From: Pelomyxa schiedti
Taxonomy: Eukaryota > Protista > Evosea
Length of the DNA: 64,000 nt
Assembly (NCBI GenBank): GCA_020536535.1
Contig: JAHLWZ010000022.1
Coordinates: 62,001-126,000, forward strand
Direction: 5' to 3'
In this document: positions 27,087 to 40,100 of the stretch, one piece after another
How positions within the stretch are numbered: position 1 is the stretch's first letter
Layout of the letters: every line of letters starts with the position of its first letter
Notes under the pieces: generated by a model
What the model was told of the DNA's origin: nothing
The model's input: only the letters and a program-made list of their open reading frames with translations
Database searches by the model: none
Translations under genes and position numbers: made by a program

Positions 27087-28863
27087 CTATGAGCTCAGAA
27101 ACACAACAGATTTGAGTTCTCGTTGATCTCGTACTGAAACTGCAGGCAAACAAGTGCCAGCAACAATCGGGCCCTCCTGTAAGTTGTGAGCACATAGGCA
27201 GGGATGCAAACTACACACCTGCCAAAATGTCGACATAGTTGCCCTATTGAAAGGTACTTTTGGTGGATCCCAGACATGAACAATAGGTGTGTTTGACAAG
27301 TTAGCAAGCAAGATTATGTAGCACATTTCTTCATGCAGCTTGTGGAGTGTGTCTGCCACGTCCTTGTGACCAGAGCAAATTTGAAGAAACTTACTGCCCT
27401 TGAGGTGATTTTTGGAGAGCTCCTTAATTTTAAACAGTTGCAGGTGATTCCTTCGCATGTACTCATAAATAAAGCTTTCAGCCAATTCGTCACGTGTTTC
27501 ACTGGTTGCCAGGGGTGAGAACACTTCTTTTTTGAGACCGTCAATTTGAAGGGTTATGAGTGTTTCAGTTGCTTTGAAAATTTGTAGGCAAAAACCGCTC
27601 TGCTTTGACGGAATATTACATTGAGTTAATGAGAGCTTGTCATAAACGAAATTGGCGAACATCTGTACTATAGTTGGGGCTATATGAAGTTCGAGATAAA
27701 GGTACATTGTCCCGAAACTCTTTGTATCTAGAAATGATTTCATGTAGCAGAGGAAAACCATTGGTCAAGGAAGGTGCCTCGCCTATAACAGGACAGAGGG
27801 GAGTAGCCTCTGAGGGCCTAGATTCCAATTCGGCTACCTTACGTTGTAGTTCCCAGATTTGCTGTATGGAGTGAGTAAAGATTTTCTTCTAGATGGGAGC
27901 AACCTTATTCTTTAACCGCTCTTCCTGTCTAAGTTGGGATATTGTCACCTCAGACTCCACCTGGTTCTGATTGTTGCAACAGGCAGAAGCGGTATAGTTT
28001 TGTGAAGTGAGTGAGCGTTTGCTAATATTGTGGCATGCTTCCTCCATCTGCCTACATATTTCCGACAAGTTCTGAATGTCCTGGGCGGTTTTCTCCAGCT
28101 CAACTTCTTTGGTGGAGCAATCGCCCTCCCTTGTTATGCACGCGTCCTCTCGCTTACGGCACTCCTCCTCCGCTCGTTGCAGCGCAGCGTCCCTTTCCTT
28201 GAATTCCTCTTCACTCCGTTGCAACACAGTGTCCCGTTCCCTGAACGCATCTTCACTCCTTTGCAGCTGAGCTTCCCTTTTCCTAAACTCCTCCTCACTC
28301 CTCTGTAGCTCCGCCTCCCTTTTCCTGAGCTCGGCTTCCTCCAGTTGCAGCTGAGCCTCCTTTTGCCTGAGCTGCTCCGCAGTATGCGCCAGAGCAAGTC
28401 TTTCGCGGTCCCCCTCTTCCGTGCCGCAGCCACCGTGCCCGTGGTGCTGCTGGTGCTGGTGCTGGTGCTGCTGCTGCTGCTCCTCTTCGGAACTCCCCCT
28501 TCGGCTATGCGAGGCGTGCCTTGCATCGCCTGCCGAATGGCCCTCGCTATCAACCGGGTCCGCGCGTTTGATAACTACCACGACGCTTTTGGGGGCCGCG
28601 CGTGACGGCGACGTTGACGTGGCCGAGCTTCCCCCGCCGGTGACGTAGGTTGTGGTTGTGGTTGTGGTTGTACATGATGATGTACATGTAGGCGGCGAGG
28701 CTGGTTGTGGTGCCCCCGACCGGGCCGTTGTTGTTGCGCCTTTCCTGCGTATGAGTTCCTCCTGGGCCTTCTCTTTATCTCGGGAAGAAAGTTTCTTCCT
28801 AGCAAGTTTGCTGTCATTTTCACCTGTTGGCCCACTGTTGGTGCTTCGACTGCGCAGGTTCAT
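27087..28863 (-). CDS. Coiled-coil protein with C-terminal GIL1/IRKI-, MIEAP- or GrpE-like domain (paralogue A)
   Basis: 14-aa coiled-coil repeats (EAELQRSEEEFRKR). Helical domain NGFPLLHEIISRYKEFRD-MFANFVYDKL. Spliced C-terminus LANLSNTPIVHVWDPPKVPFNRATMSTFWQ-EGPIVAGTCLPAVSVRDQRELKSVVFL*. Confidence 0.7.
28170..28370 (-). repeat. Intragenic 42-bp (14-aa) tandem repeat encoding coiled coil
   Basis: About 4-5 imperfect units: KEAQLQLEEAELRK / REAELQRSEEEFRK / REAQLQRSEDAFRE / RDTVLQRSEEEFKE / RDAALQRAEEECRK. Confidence 0.8.
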
Positions 28864-28936
28864 CGTTTGTATTTTTGCACAGAGAATAATAAAATAACAA
28901 AGTTTTTCTTTTTTGTGTGTAGCCAGCTCAACTTGG

Positions 28937-30842
28937 CTACCATCTAGGTTTTACAAGAACAGTGGCTTTGAGCTCCCGGTGGTCGCCAGTGAAAACAGCT
29001 GGCAAAACGACCAGACTTGCAAGGTAGACCTTTGTGGGGTTGTTCAGGTCCTCTTCTTGCTGAAATAAAATTAGTCACACGTTCAAACAAGATGAAGTAT
29101 CCGCATACTGTGTAGAATTTCTCCATTGTGGTTTTATCAAATTGAGTTCCAACTCCACTCCAAACATGCGTGATTTCGGTATTTGAAATGTGAACCAAAA
29201 TCATCATATTCAGAGCTGACTCGATAATTCGAGACACATCACGGTAGTCTGTTTTGAGGCCGCCGTAATATTGCATATTCAGCACTCGCCCAACCTCACG
29301 AACCATGAGGGGGATGTCAAACAGGTTCTTGTAGTTTCGTCTATAATACTCCATCAGAAAGTTCTGTGTATATGAGTCGAGTGCAGTAAGAAGAAATGCT
29401 CCGGCCACTCTTCTCTGGATATTCTGGATTTCTTTCACCACAAAGTCCTCACTGCTATGAAAAAGCTGGCAACAGAATTGCGCTTGCGCCTCTGGTGTCT
29501 GGTAACTGCGATACAATGGTAGCTTGTCCCATACAAAATTTGCCAACTCCTTCGCGGAAGTCAAGGAAATATGAGAAGCAGAGACAAACTGTATCCCGAA
29601 ATTCTTTGTAGGCTCTCAGAATCTCATGTAAAAGTGGAAAACCGTTGGTTATGGAGGCAGCAGCGCCTGGAACAAGCGGAACTGTTGTCTCTCTGAGACG
29701 CTTTTCAAGCTCAGAAACTTTTTGTTCCAAGTCCCAGTGAGCCTTTGAGTGTGAATTAAGAGGAAAAAAAAAAGGGGGTGGAAATTGACCTTATTTTTTT
29801 GGCGTACTTCATCCTCCAGTTTTGCTTTCTCGATTTCAAATGTTGTTATCTAATCGCGAATGAGGGGATTTCAGAGAAATGAAAAATAGACCTGCTGACG
29901 GGCAGTCCCCAGCTGTACTTTGAGTTCTTTTGTTCTAGAGAGTTCTTCCAAGAAGGAATTATGTTGACTCAATCTTCCAACTTGAAGCTGCATACTATCC
30001 ACCAGTTGTTTCAAGAGTTGAGGCGGTGCAGGGGTTTGTTCTGCCTGTTTCAACTGAGCGTCTTTCTGTCGGAGGCTCTCCTCGGTTTTTTTAAGAACCA
30101 ACTCCCTCGATGCGCACATACATTCTCTCTGCTTTAACATTTCTTCCCTTTCACTCATTGATGCTTCTTTTCTTGTAATAGTTTCTTCTCGATTACGAAG
30201 GTCGGCCTCCTTTTCCTTATTCTCATCCACTCCTGAACCCGGAGCTGCATCTTTTCTTACAAAATGCTCTTCTATCAAAGATGCATATATTTGATTTTGT
30301 TCTTCCAGTCTCCGTTCTTGATCTTGGAATGTAGATACCTCACCATTCAGTTTGAGACAGAATGTCTCGAGCACGGAGCGTCTTTCATCCAGAGATTGGA
30401 TTAAATCCTTCAGCAGTTTCTCCTGCAAGTCTAATTGTGACTGGCGGTCAATGCCCACTTGCTGTTGCGCTTTGAGAGTTTGTACTTGAGAGAGCAATTC
30501 GGTCTTCTCTTTTTCAAGGGACTGTATTTGTTGGTCTTTGAGGCGGAACTCTCCCTGATATGCTGCCCAACACCGCTCGTTTGCCTCCGCAGTTGCTCTG
30601 GAAAGTATTGCCTGCCTTTCGCTATTGTTCAGCTGTCTCACGTGCTCCAGCTGTCTTGTTTCTGCCTTAACTTGCTCCTGGAGCCTGGAAAGAGTGCTCA
30701 TCCGTTCCTCTATTTGGAGGGCCAGGTTATTGCTCAAGACCGTTCTAGGGTCGATTTCCATCACAGTACTTACACTGCCTGTCGGTACTTGGTGTGCAAC
30801 AACCGACGAGGAACCAGTAATGCCCGGCAATGACCCCGACAT
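28937..30842 (-). CDS. Coiled-coil protein with C-terminal GIL1/IRKI-, MIEAP- or GrpE-like domain (paralogue B)
   Basis: Long coiled coil; NGFPLLHEILRAYKEFRD-ELANFVWDKL with the same intron position as paralogue A. Spliced C-terminus VHISNTEITHVWSGVGTQFDKTTMEKFYT-QEEDLNNPTKVYLASLVVLPAVFTGDHRELKATVLVKPRW*. Confidence 0.7.
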
Positions 30843-31011
30843 ACCCTTTTTTTTTGTTTATTTGGTCTTTGGTGTCAACCCAACGGCACCTAAGTTAAGA
30901 ACCAACTAGCTCATGTCCAACTTGGCTTTCAAAATTCCTGGCAGTACTTTGGTGGGTAGGTGGGACAACCAAAAAGCAGTAAAAAAAACAAAAACACCCG
31001 ATAAAACCAAA
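30843..31011. promoter_or_regulatory. Putative bidirectional promoter between paralogue B and the Hsp70-vWA gene
   Basis: About 170-bp spacer between divergent ATGs, with A/T tracts next to both starts. No specific motif was identified. Confidence 0.4.
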
Positions 31012-33744
31012 ATGGCGGCCTCCACCCCCGCAAGTTCGACAACACCCACCAGCAGCTCCTGGAGTAAATACGCAGTCATATGCGCTGTTGACTTCGGAAC
31101 AGCGCGAACTGGGTTTGCGTGGCTGTACACCCAGAATCCAGGGGAGGTGTATGACAACCCGCCATGGCCTCAGACTCCAGGGGGTTACCCAAAGACTTCC
31201 ACCGAGATCATACTTACCAAAGACACGCACGAGGTTGTTGCGTTTGGATTCGCTGCTCGTAACCAGATGGCATCGATGAACGACGCCGCGGCGGCGAAGG
31301 TTTTGCNNNNNNNNNNNNNNNNNNNNNNNNNNNNNNNNNNNNNNNNNNNNNNNNNNNNNNNNNNNNNNNNNNNNNNNNNNNNNNNNNNNNNNNNNNNNNN
31401 NNNNNNTACCCAAAGACTTCCACCGAGATCATACTTACCAAAGACACGCACGAGGTTGTTGCGTTTGGATTCGCTGCTCGTAACCAGATGGCATCGATGA
31501 ACGACGCCGCGGCGGCGAAGGTTTTGCACTTCTCCAAGTTTAAGATGTTTCTGGACCCAAATTCGGCCAGAGCTGTGCAGGTAAAAGCATCAAACTGTGA
31601 TGAAACTTTGCCACTGGTCGAAGTCATTTCAAAGGTGCTGGAGACTGTCAAAAAGGAGGCATTGAAGGTATTTGCGTCGCAAGGAAGAACCCTTGTAGCA
31701 AATTCAATTTTGTGGGTTCTCACTGTTCCTGCAATCTGGGATTCCGCTGCTAAGACCATTATGACGGAGGCTGCTCAAAGGGCTGGCTACGGGACAGATA
31801 ACGTAATGCTAGCACTGGAACCAGAGGCTGCTTCACTCTATTGCATGTTTAAGTCAACGCTGCCTACGCAGTTTCATAGACCAGGAACGAGGTATATCAT
31901 AATTGATGCCGGCGGCGGTACTGTAGATATTACAGTTCATGAGATTCAATCGGATTTATCAGTTCATGAACTATTGCCGGCTTCTGGTGGTGCTTGGGGT
32001 TCAACATATGTAGATGACGGCATGTTGAGGCTAATTGAAGAGATTTTTGGGCAGACTGCAATTGCTGCAGCACGTAAGTTTCCTGATTGGGTAGAAGTTC
32101 TGGAGAAGATAGAGTCAAATAAAATGAGTTGTACGCCAGAATCAGTTGCTGAAGGCGCTCTCAGGAACTTGGATTTTGCTCTAGTGACAGAAGTTTTGAA
32201 GGGTACCACAATTAAAGACTGCATCGCCAGGTTTAATACTTCAAAACCTGGCATGAATCTCACCTGTCGTGGATCTTCTACTGTCCGGATTTCCTCCAAA
32301 ATAATCAGTGACATTATTACTCCGTTGGCCAAAAAAGCAGCCGACCATGTTGCCACACTCCTCGAATCTGTGGATGTTTCACTTATTCTCCTTGTTGGTG
32401 GATTCAGTGAAAGCCCAATTTATCAAAAGATTTTCAGGGATCGATTCGCAACTGACACGAGGCTCGTTATTATTCCACAGAGGCCAGGCTTTGCCGTACT
32501 TTTTGGAGCTGTCCTATTTGGACTCAATCCAGGAGTAATATCCAGCAGATCATCAATGTATACATATGGAATAGATATGATGGAACTGTGGAACTCAGAC
32601 AAACATGGCTCGCGCCCGAAAATTGTAGCGGACGGGAAGAACTACTGTGGGAATGTGTTTGATATATTCATCATGGCCGGGCAACCTGTTGACCTGGTAA
32701 GTCAGGTCAGACGAGTATATACTCCAGTAAGTCCAGACCAGGCGGAAGTAGAACTTTGTGTCTATAGAAGCAAAAATAAGAGTCCCAAATTCACAAACGA
32801 GGAGGGAGTGAAATATGTTGGAGTTCTTTCGTTACCTCTTTCTGATATTGGAAGACCAATTGCTGACAGGCAAGTTGAGGTCTTAATGAAGTTTGGAGGA
32901 ACCAATATAACTGTTTCGGCAATACACAAAAATAGTGGGGAACTAGTCAATGCACAGTACCGGGAATACTTGAGTGAGTATTTATTTTCTACATCAAGGA
33001 AATTAAATATGGTGACATATACCAGATGACGCTGAACTACCCCAAAAACCAGTAGCAACTAGTCCCTATTCCATTGATCTATGTTTTGCAATGGTGTGTA
33101 TTCTGTGTCTTGAAAGTACCCTTTCTCACCTACCAAAGGATTGCACCGGTTCTATGTCAAGCTGGATAACTCGAACGAAGGAGGAAGTTGTGTCTATTGC
33201 AGGGCAAATACGGTCGCGATTTGCCAAGTCCAGTCTGCGAATTGCCTTTATTGGCTACCGCGATCACTGCGACACTCCCATTCATGCTATACACCCCTTC
33301 AACGAGGATGCCGGCAGCATGAAAATATTTCTAGAAGCAGTGAAAGCCACGGGGGGCGGAGACACCCCAGAAGACGTACTCGGAGCACTGATGGCTTGCT
33401 CTCAGCAGAAATGGACTTCTTCAGCCCGAGTGCTGGTCCACATTGGAGACGCCCCGTGCCACGGCACAATGTACCACTCGTGCGGCGACGACTCGTACCC
33501 GGACGGAGACCCCAATGGCCTGACCCATGACTTTGTGCTGCGTAAGCTGGCCGCGTTGAAGATAGACTACTACTTCATGAAGTTGAACAACAGCACCGAC
33601 CAGATGGCGAACATTTACAGCAACACGTACAAGGCAGTGTCTGGGAGGCCCATACACATGATCGACATCGGGTCCAACGTAGCAGCACTTCTGCCAACCG
33701 TCGTGGAGTGTGTTGTAAAGTCCATCACCAAACTGAGCCAGTAA
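31012..33744 (+). CDS. HSPA12-type atypical Hsp70 fused to C-terminal vWA domain
   Basis: AVDFGTARTGFAW, WVLTVPAIW, LALEPEAASLYC, IIDAGGGTVD, SGGAWGSTYVD and LVGGFSES are HSPA12 hallmarks. Two short introns then join DLCFAM-DCTGSM (MIDAS), YRDH, ATGGGDTPED and HIGDAPCHG, a vWA of the VwkA type. Confidence 0.9.
31186..31527. other. Assembly gap (100 N, 31307-31406) flanked by an identical 121-bp duplication
   Basis: 31186-31306 is identical to 31407-31527. Collapsing the copies restores a continuous Hsp70 frame. Confidence 0.9.
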
Positions 33745-34179
33745 CAACTGTAATTTTCGGATAAAAAAAACCTCAAATACGGCGAAAACAAAGAAATTCA
33801 AATGAGTGCATAGGTGCTGCTCCCTTCACCGTTTCTCCAACCCCCCACCTTCGAACCATGCCAAGTTTTAGAATGGAAATCAAGTTGTGTTGTTTAGCTG
33901 AAGGGTTAGATTATGGCGATCAGATCAAATCCGCGAAAAAAGAACTTGTTCTTATCCCATACTTCTTCAAGAACAGATGCACAGGGATGTTGTGTTGGAG
34001 GAGCAAGTGAAGAAACAACATAAACAAAAGTTTTTTTTCTTTGTTTCCCCAGGGTGGCGGCACTGACTGGCTTATGTACATGACCACCCTGAAGCGGTAA
34101 TCTGACTTGACTGCAAAGTGCATCATCAGAGGTCTTTATTTTATTCAGCCAAGTGAGGGGGGTCTGGTAGTAAAATAAG

Positions 34180-37100
34180 TTATGGTTGTTGAGCCATCGA
34201 CGTTGTGGTTGTGGTTGTGGTTGTGGTTTGAGTTGGGGATCTGCAAATTGCCTCAGTCAGAGTGAGTCTAGAATGACTTGGTGGTGCTAAAGCTAATCTG
34301 TTAGGCTCCTGGTTATCAGGGCTTGTGGGGGCTTCCATAATGTTGGGCATCAATGAAACATTTTGTGGTGGCACACTGGCAATCATTTTGAGAGTTTCTG
34401 CCAGTTGGGGTATCTCTGTGTGGCGGTGCTGTCCAACATTGCCTGCCAGTTCCATCATTTTCTCCTCTGCCCCCCAGGCACCAATACTGATGCAGTAAAT
34501 TGGTACCTTTCCTTGAAACTCTTTGAAGATTGCACAGAGCTCTTTTTTCCCCGTCTTGTCACCTCCATCAGAGACAACAATGAGCTGTGCGGAAAATTCG
34601 TCCCTTTTTGGAGACTGTTAAGACGGAAGCTTGAGAGGGAAAATTAATACCAATTTGTACTTCGTAGTACTTCTTGGCACTTGAGCAATGCAGGAGAAAA
34701 CGCTGTTGAACTCCCAAAAGGGCCGGAAACCTTTGATTCAAATTCGAGTGCTTCCTCACGTGTACACGGTGGTATTACATGATCCACTCCTCCAGAGAAG
34801 AAGACGAAACTGTACAAATCATTTGGATTGTCTCTTCGCTGGATATAAGTCTTCACACTGATCACAAGTGCTTCCCACGCGTTACTATAGCCGGTTCCCC
34901 AAGAGTACAAAGCACTCTTCATAGAGGAGGACCTGTCAAGACAAAAAACTACGTGCAGGTCTTGTGGGGTCCCGTGCAAGTGGCTGAACAGGTGCCCATC
35001 TTCCGAAGCATAACCCACTTGTTCCAGAAAAGTGGTCTTTCTGCCTTTGTTGAGAGGACACGGGGGATGCCACAGCGGAAGTAAACACATGACTCTGTCT
35101 CTATGGGAATTGCAACAGGCGTGAGGGCACTGTTTGAACGATGGAATCTGCTCTGGTGCGCACGGATCCACAAAGTTGATGAAGTTCCAGTATTTTTCGT
35201 GGGTGAGTTCATCCTTTGGAGAGTCTGGATCTGGGTTGTACTGCACAACGGCGTGTCGTAGGCCTTCTTCTCCCCTTGAGCAGGTGGTTTTGGACTTGCA
35301 TGGGAGTACGTGGATATGCCCTCTTCCACCTTCAACACAGAATGAATCGCACATTTTTGCCCATCCCACTTCTCCCGCGCGGTATACTTGCCCGTGTAGC
35401 TCAATATCGTTTTCTGTTGAAACAAAGTGTGCATGTATCATTTTGCCATGACGGCCGGTATCGTGTTGTCCCTTGTGCCCAAACTTAAGCTGACAGTTGT
35501 AGCCACAGGCTGGGCACACCTCAAGGCAGAAATGATGAGTGGAGTGCTCACTGTGTCTATGACTGTCACCGTGTGTCAATTTTCCTTCAGGTATCATTGC
35601 ACAACAAGGTAGTTTTCTTTGCTCCGGTACAGTGATTGTATCGTACTCGATGTTCGGCTCCTTCACCGAAACACGGAATGTAACTGGTCTTCGAATGTAC
35701 TTTACCTCGCAACAGCCATCTTGGTTGCAGATCTCTGGACATCTGTGAGCGTTGGCACATAAGTGGGTATTTGCGGTGGAGTCTTCATTTCCATGAAAGT
35801 GGTGGGAGGCGCATGTATTCCGACAGTTTTGGGAGAAGAAACAAGCATGCAAGCACTTATTCATCCCGCAGTCGTGTTGTTTGTGGCTGTCACAGGAAAG
35901 TTTGCAGCGTCGTGCGCAAGGTTGCCCTCCAGGACCAATTGCCGAACAGGGATCTCCACACGTGTGACTTCGAGCACTGCACTTGCAGCCACCGTCGTGG
36001 TTAAGTGGGAGACTGCAGAATTTGTTGCAACCATCTCTGTCTAAGAGTTGGCAGGTTTTATTGCAGGTATGACCCTGCCGGCAGTCGTGCGCTCCACTAT
36101 GGGCAGACGTGTAGAAACATTGGGTTTTTTTCCCAAGCTGATTGCAGTTAACACAGTGGTCTTCGCAGTGGTGAGACCCACAGCAGTCGTGCTCGCCCGA
36201 ATGTTGACGTAGAAGCAAGCAAAGCAATCCACAGTTATCACAAGTATTCGTGCAAAGTGCTAGTGCATCCAGTTGTTGCATGGCACGTGCGACTTCGGTC
36301 TGGAATGCAATAACATTTTGGTCTTCTCTCCATTCCGCCTTTATGTTGGAACTGATCCACAGTTTTACATGGTTCTTGCGGCTTTCTATAACAAGCTCCA
36401 CAAACTTCTTGAATTGATCACGTCCGCTTTGGACTGATTGTTTGATTTTTGGAAAGTACTTTTCAAATTGAGCCTTTAACTCGTTTCGTATTCGAAGTAA
36501 ATCTTGTTCGTCTGTTGTGTCCAGATTAAAATGCGAGATGGGAATTCTTAAGCCAGAAAGCTCGACTTCGTCACAAGAAATGACCTCTCTGGTCAGGAAA
36601 TTGGTGAGCTGTCCAACAGGACTGGTGACTTTGGTTCTCCCATAAGATATGGCTGAAGGAAGCCCTTTTTGAAGCTTTTTAATAGCAATTTTCACATCCT
36701 GACCGACAAGAGAAGACCAGTCCTTCAAATTCAGCTTGGCTAATAACAACTTCATCTCATCTACGAACTCGGCGCCCAGGAACTGCGATCTTTGTTCCTG
36801 AAGGAGTGTCTTGCACCTTTCCAAGCTTTCATTATATCCAGGGGTACCGAAGTGGTGACACAGTATAAACTCAAACTGTCCGGAAAACATGCATGTAAGA
36901 AAATTATTTCCCTGGTTCTGCGAGATGAGCTCACGGAATTTGGACTCAAACTCCGCCCCTAAGCTGCTTATGTCCCTTTCCTCAACATCTCTTGCCATCA
37001 GAGCAAAGAACCCTCTGAAGAGTTTTTCATCACCGTGCACTAGTCCAATGCCCCGCTGAAACTTTTGGAACATCTGCTCAGTTTCCCGGTCAACATTCAA

Positions 37101-40100
37101 TGCAGTCCGGAAAAGAGTCAAGTTTGAGACAGCGGCATTTAAAACTGAAAGGAGAAGGTCTTCTTCCATGGAACGCTCCAAGGAGCACAGACCCTCAAAA
37201 TCCAAGGCAACAATTAACCGATCAGACTTTTCACGCACACTCATCCAGCAGCCGTTTGTGCACCTTCCTCCCGAAATATCGAAGAGAACACCCAAGAGGT
37301 GGTTGAGAACATAACTTTTCCCAGTGCTTTGCTTGCCCATGGATGTGACAACAAACACTGGCTTTCTTGTGCAGGATGCAAAAACTGACTCGAGCAGTCC
37401 AAATGAAATTTCATCAGCGACATCATTCTGGTCTTTGTTCCCAATTGTGCGTGGCTTCTGGACAACACCATTATCTATAATCTCCAAGCAGTTATTGTCG
37501 ACTCGAGCAATCTGGATTGGAACTTGAGATATAAGAGTCTTGAGCCACCTTCCACAACCAGTCGGCTCCATACAGTCCGAGTCCGACTCGTTCCATCCCT
37601 CCTCAATGCCACAAGTGACGTGATTCGAAAAGAATTCATCGGCCCTCTCCCTACCAACCTTGAATAGGCCAGAGAGCAAGGTCTGTCGTTTTGCAAGGCA
37701 CTTTGATACCAGGGTGCTTATCTCAGGTGTCAGTGTTGGTACCACTACCATCAGCTTGCACGGTTTGCAATGCTCATTTGTGTCACAAACTGCTGTGATT
37801 GGAAATTTGTCAAACATCAAGTAAAGGTAATCCAGGATAGGACGAGAAAGTTGTTGATTTGAAACTATCTTGGAGCTCTGCATTCTGAAATCGGTGCGTT
37901 TCACCTGAGCTTCCAACACCACTGAAGAAATGCGGTTCTCACTGGCATGATATTGAACTAAATGTTTCTCCAACTTGCCGGCAGTACAAAAATCCACAAG
38001 GATCGTGGAGCCAAGAAGCTGTGGATTGAGCAAGTTGGTGTCACAGTGGAGTTCAGTGCTATTGCTCGTGAAACTCCTGACAGAAATTCGAGCACTCTCA
38101 CATGATCCAGAAACCTCCATTTGTGAAAGCGTCACAAAACAGTCTCGATCAATAATTAAAGGCCTTCCATTGACTTTCAAGTCACAAATTTTGTTATGCT
38201 CGAAGTCATAGAGCTTAGTTGTCGTTGGAAATAGCAGCATCACCTTGTGTCCTCCTGGAAGAGGGATAACTTCAGTCAACTTGGAGAAGGTTGGGTCAAA
38301 AGAGAAAGAACCCAAAGTTTGGTAATTATTGTATGAGTCAGTGAACATCAGGGCATGAACACTGGCAATTGGTGGAGGATATGCCACAGCAAACACCCTG
38401 GTGGATTCACAGAAATTAAAAATACAACCAGATGCCCGCCTCTTCAGTGTAAAAAAGGAGTCATGGTGCCCCTCCTGACGAATAGAAATGGCCAAATTTG
38501 GATCGCCCTTGGATCTCTCTGTTCCCACAAGCATGATGTTATTTGAAGGCAATAAAAACCCACTCAGAACAGTTGCCAGACGAGATGAAAAACGCCGGGG
38601 TTCCGCGAAAGATTCCCTGCAAGATTCAGCTGTCCTCTCTGCCCCCATTTCTATCACCGTGATTTCTAGGTGCGCAGCTTCCTCTTGTTCGAAGAGAACA
38701 CCAAGCTCAACTTTCCGGCCACTGTGGTCCAGGCTTAAGTTTGTGATGCGGGATTGTTTGGTGTTGGTGGATGGAAGTTCCTTTGCAATTGCTTTATCAA
38801 GTTGAGAAGAAACCTCTTTTGACCAAGCTGCATAATAGTGAGAAGGGTTGCTCAACACATCAACCTTGATCTTTTTGACAAGGGCTTCAATTCGTTGCTG
38901 CAGGCTATTGGGTGCCAGGGTATCTGTTGCCTCCAGTGTTCCAGCTGACGAAATGTGGGATCCTGTCATAGACCTTAACCATCTTCCTGGTTGCATCCAA
39001 GATGATTCTGACTTTCCAAGAGAGTTGTTTTCCAACAGGGAGGAAAGGTCTTTATCGTAGGTGTCCAAGCAAGTGGGGACAAGATCGTCACTGAACTCTT
39101 TTGGTAAAGAATGGAACATTGGCGACTGCAACAATTCCTTGGGCAAGTCACAGCTAAGTTTCATCCTCATGTGTAGCACGACTTGTACCGCAATCCCGTC
39201 AAGTCGTCTTTTTTTCCAACCTTCAAACTCACGCACGAGACTGTGGTTACAAAGATCCAGCAGTTGAAACTTTTGTTCCCAGGTGAGACTCTCTGTGTTA
39301 CACTCACTGCCCTGAAGGAGGGCCAACAGCTGCTGTTTGAAGGAAGAAAGATCGAAGTTGCCAGTGACAGGCACAAGCTCCGATTTTGAAGGGACTTCCT
39401 GCCAACTTACAAACCCCACTGTGTGACTGCCCTTGCACATCATCCAGGGGGTTTTATTTGGAAGAGGGAGAGAGCAAGTAAAACCCTTCTGGACCTCGCA
39501 TCGCTCTTGGATACTGTTCTCTTGAACCACACAGTGTATTAGCCTTGATTCCTGGGATATTGGGCTCTGCTGGTGAAGTTCTTCAATCATTCTCCCGGAC
39601 AAGACAAAGAAAATCCTGTCGCACAGGGTGTAAAAAAAGCGCAGTAAGAGGCATGCAGGGTCAGAAATCTGAACGAGGGAGAAGCTTTCTGCTGCTGGAA
39701 TAAAAACGAGGATCATCACCCCTATGCCCTGCATGTGGGAGCTTGGCGCAAAACTAGTGATAAACGCGTGAATCCCGGGTTGCTCCACGGGGAGTTTTGT
39801 GATGGAAGAAAAAGCACCCGTTCGCATCAAGAACTGCGTCACCGTTGGCGGATCCCCAAAGAACCCGAGTGTGATACTGCACTTGGATCTATCCAGCTTG
39901 TCGAAGTCGATAAACTCACCATCTGTTATGCAAGCCTCCCCCAGAATTCGGTTGGCAAGAGAGAGCACATTTTGTCCCAGAAGCTGAACCTTGTGCACAG
40001 ACCCCTCTACCATGGTAACCAGGTGGTGGGGTTCATGGCTCACTTGTTCCAACATGCATGGAAAGGCACTGGCCGCAGGCAAAGGGGAAGGTGAAGGCGA

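Noticed and set aside
31186-31527. 121-bp direct repeat inside the Hsp70 gene
   Set aside because: The identical copies flank a 100-N scaffold gap, so this is an unmerged contig overlap rather than a biological duplication or frameshift.
34465-34480. Suspected frameshift in a G-run of the GTPase vWA
   Set aside because: Recounting gives six G, which keeps IGAWGAEEKMMELA in frame.
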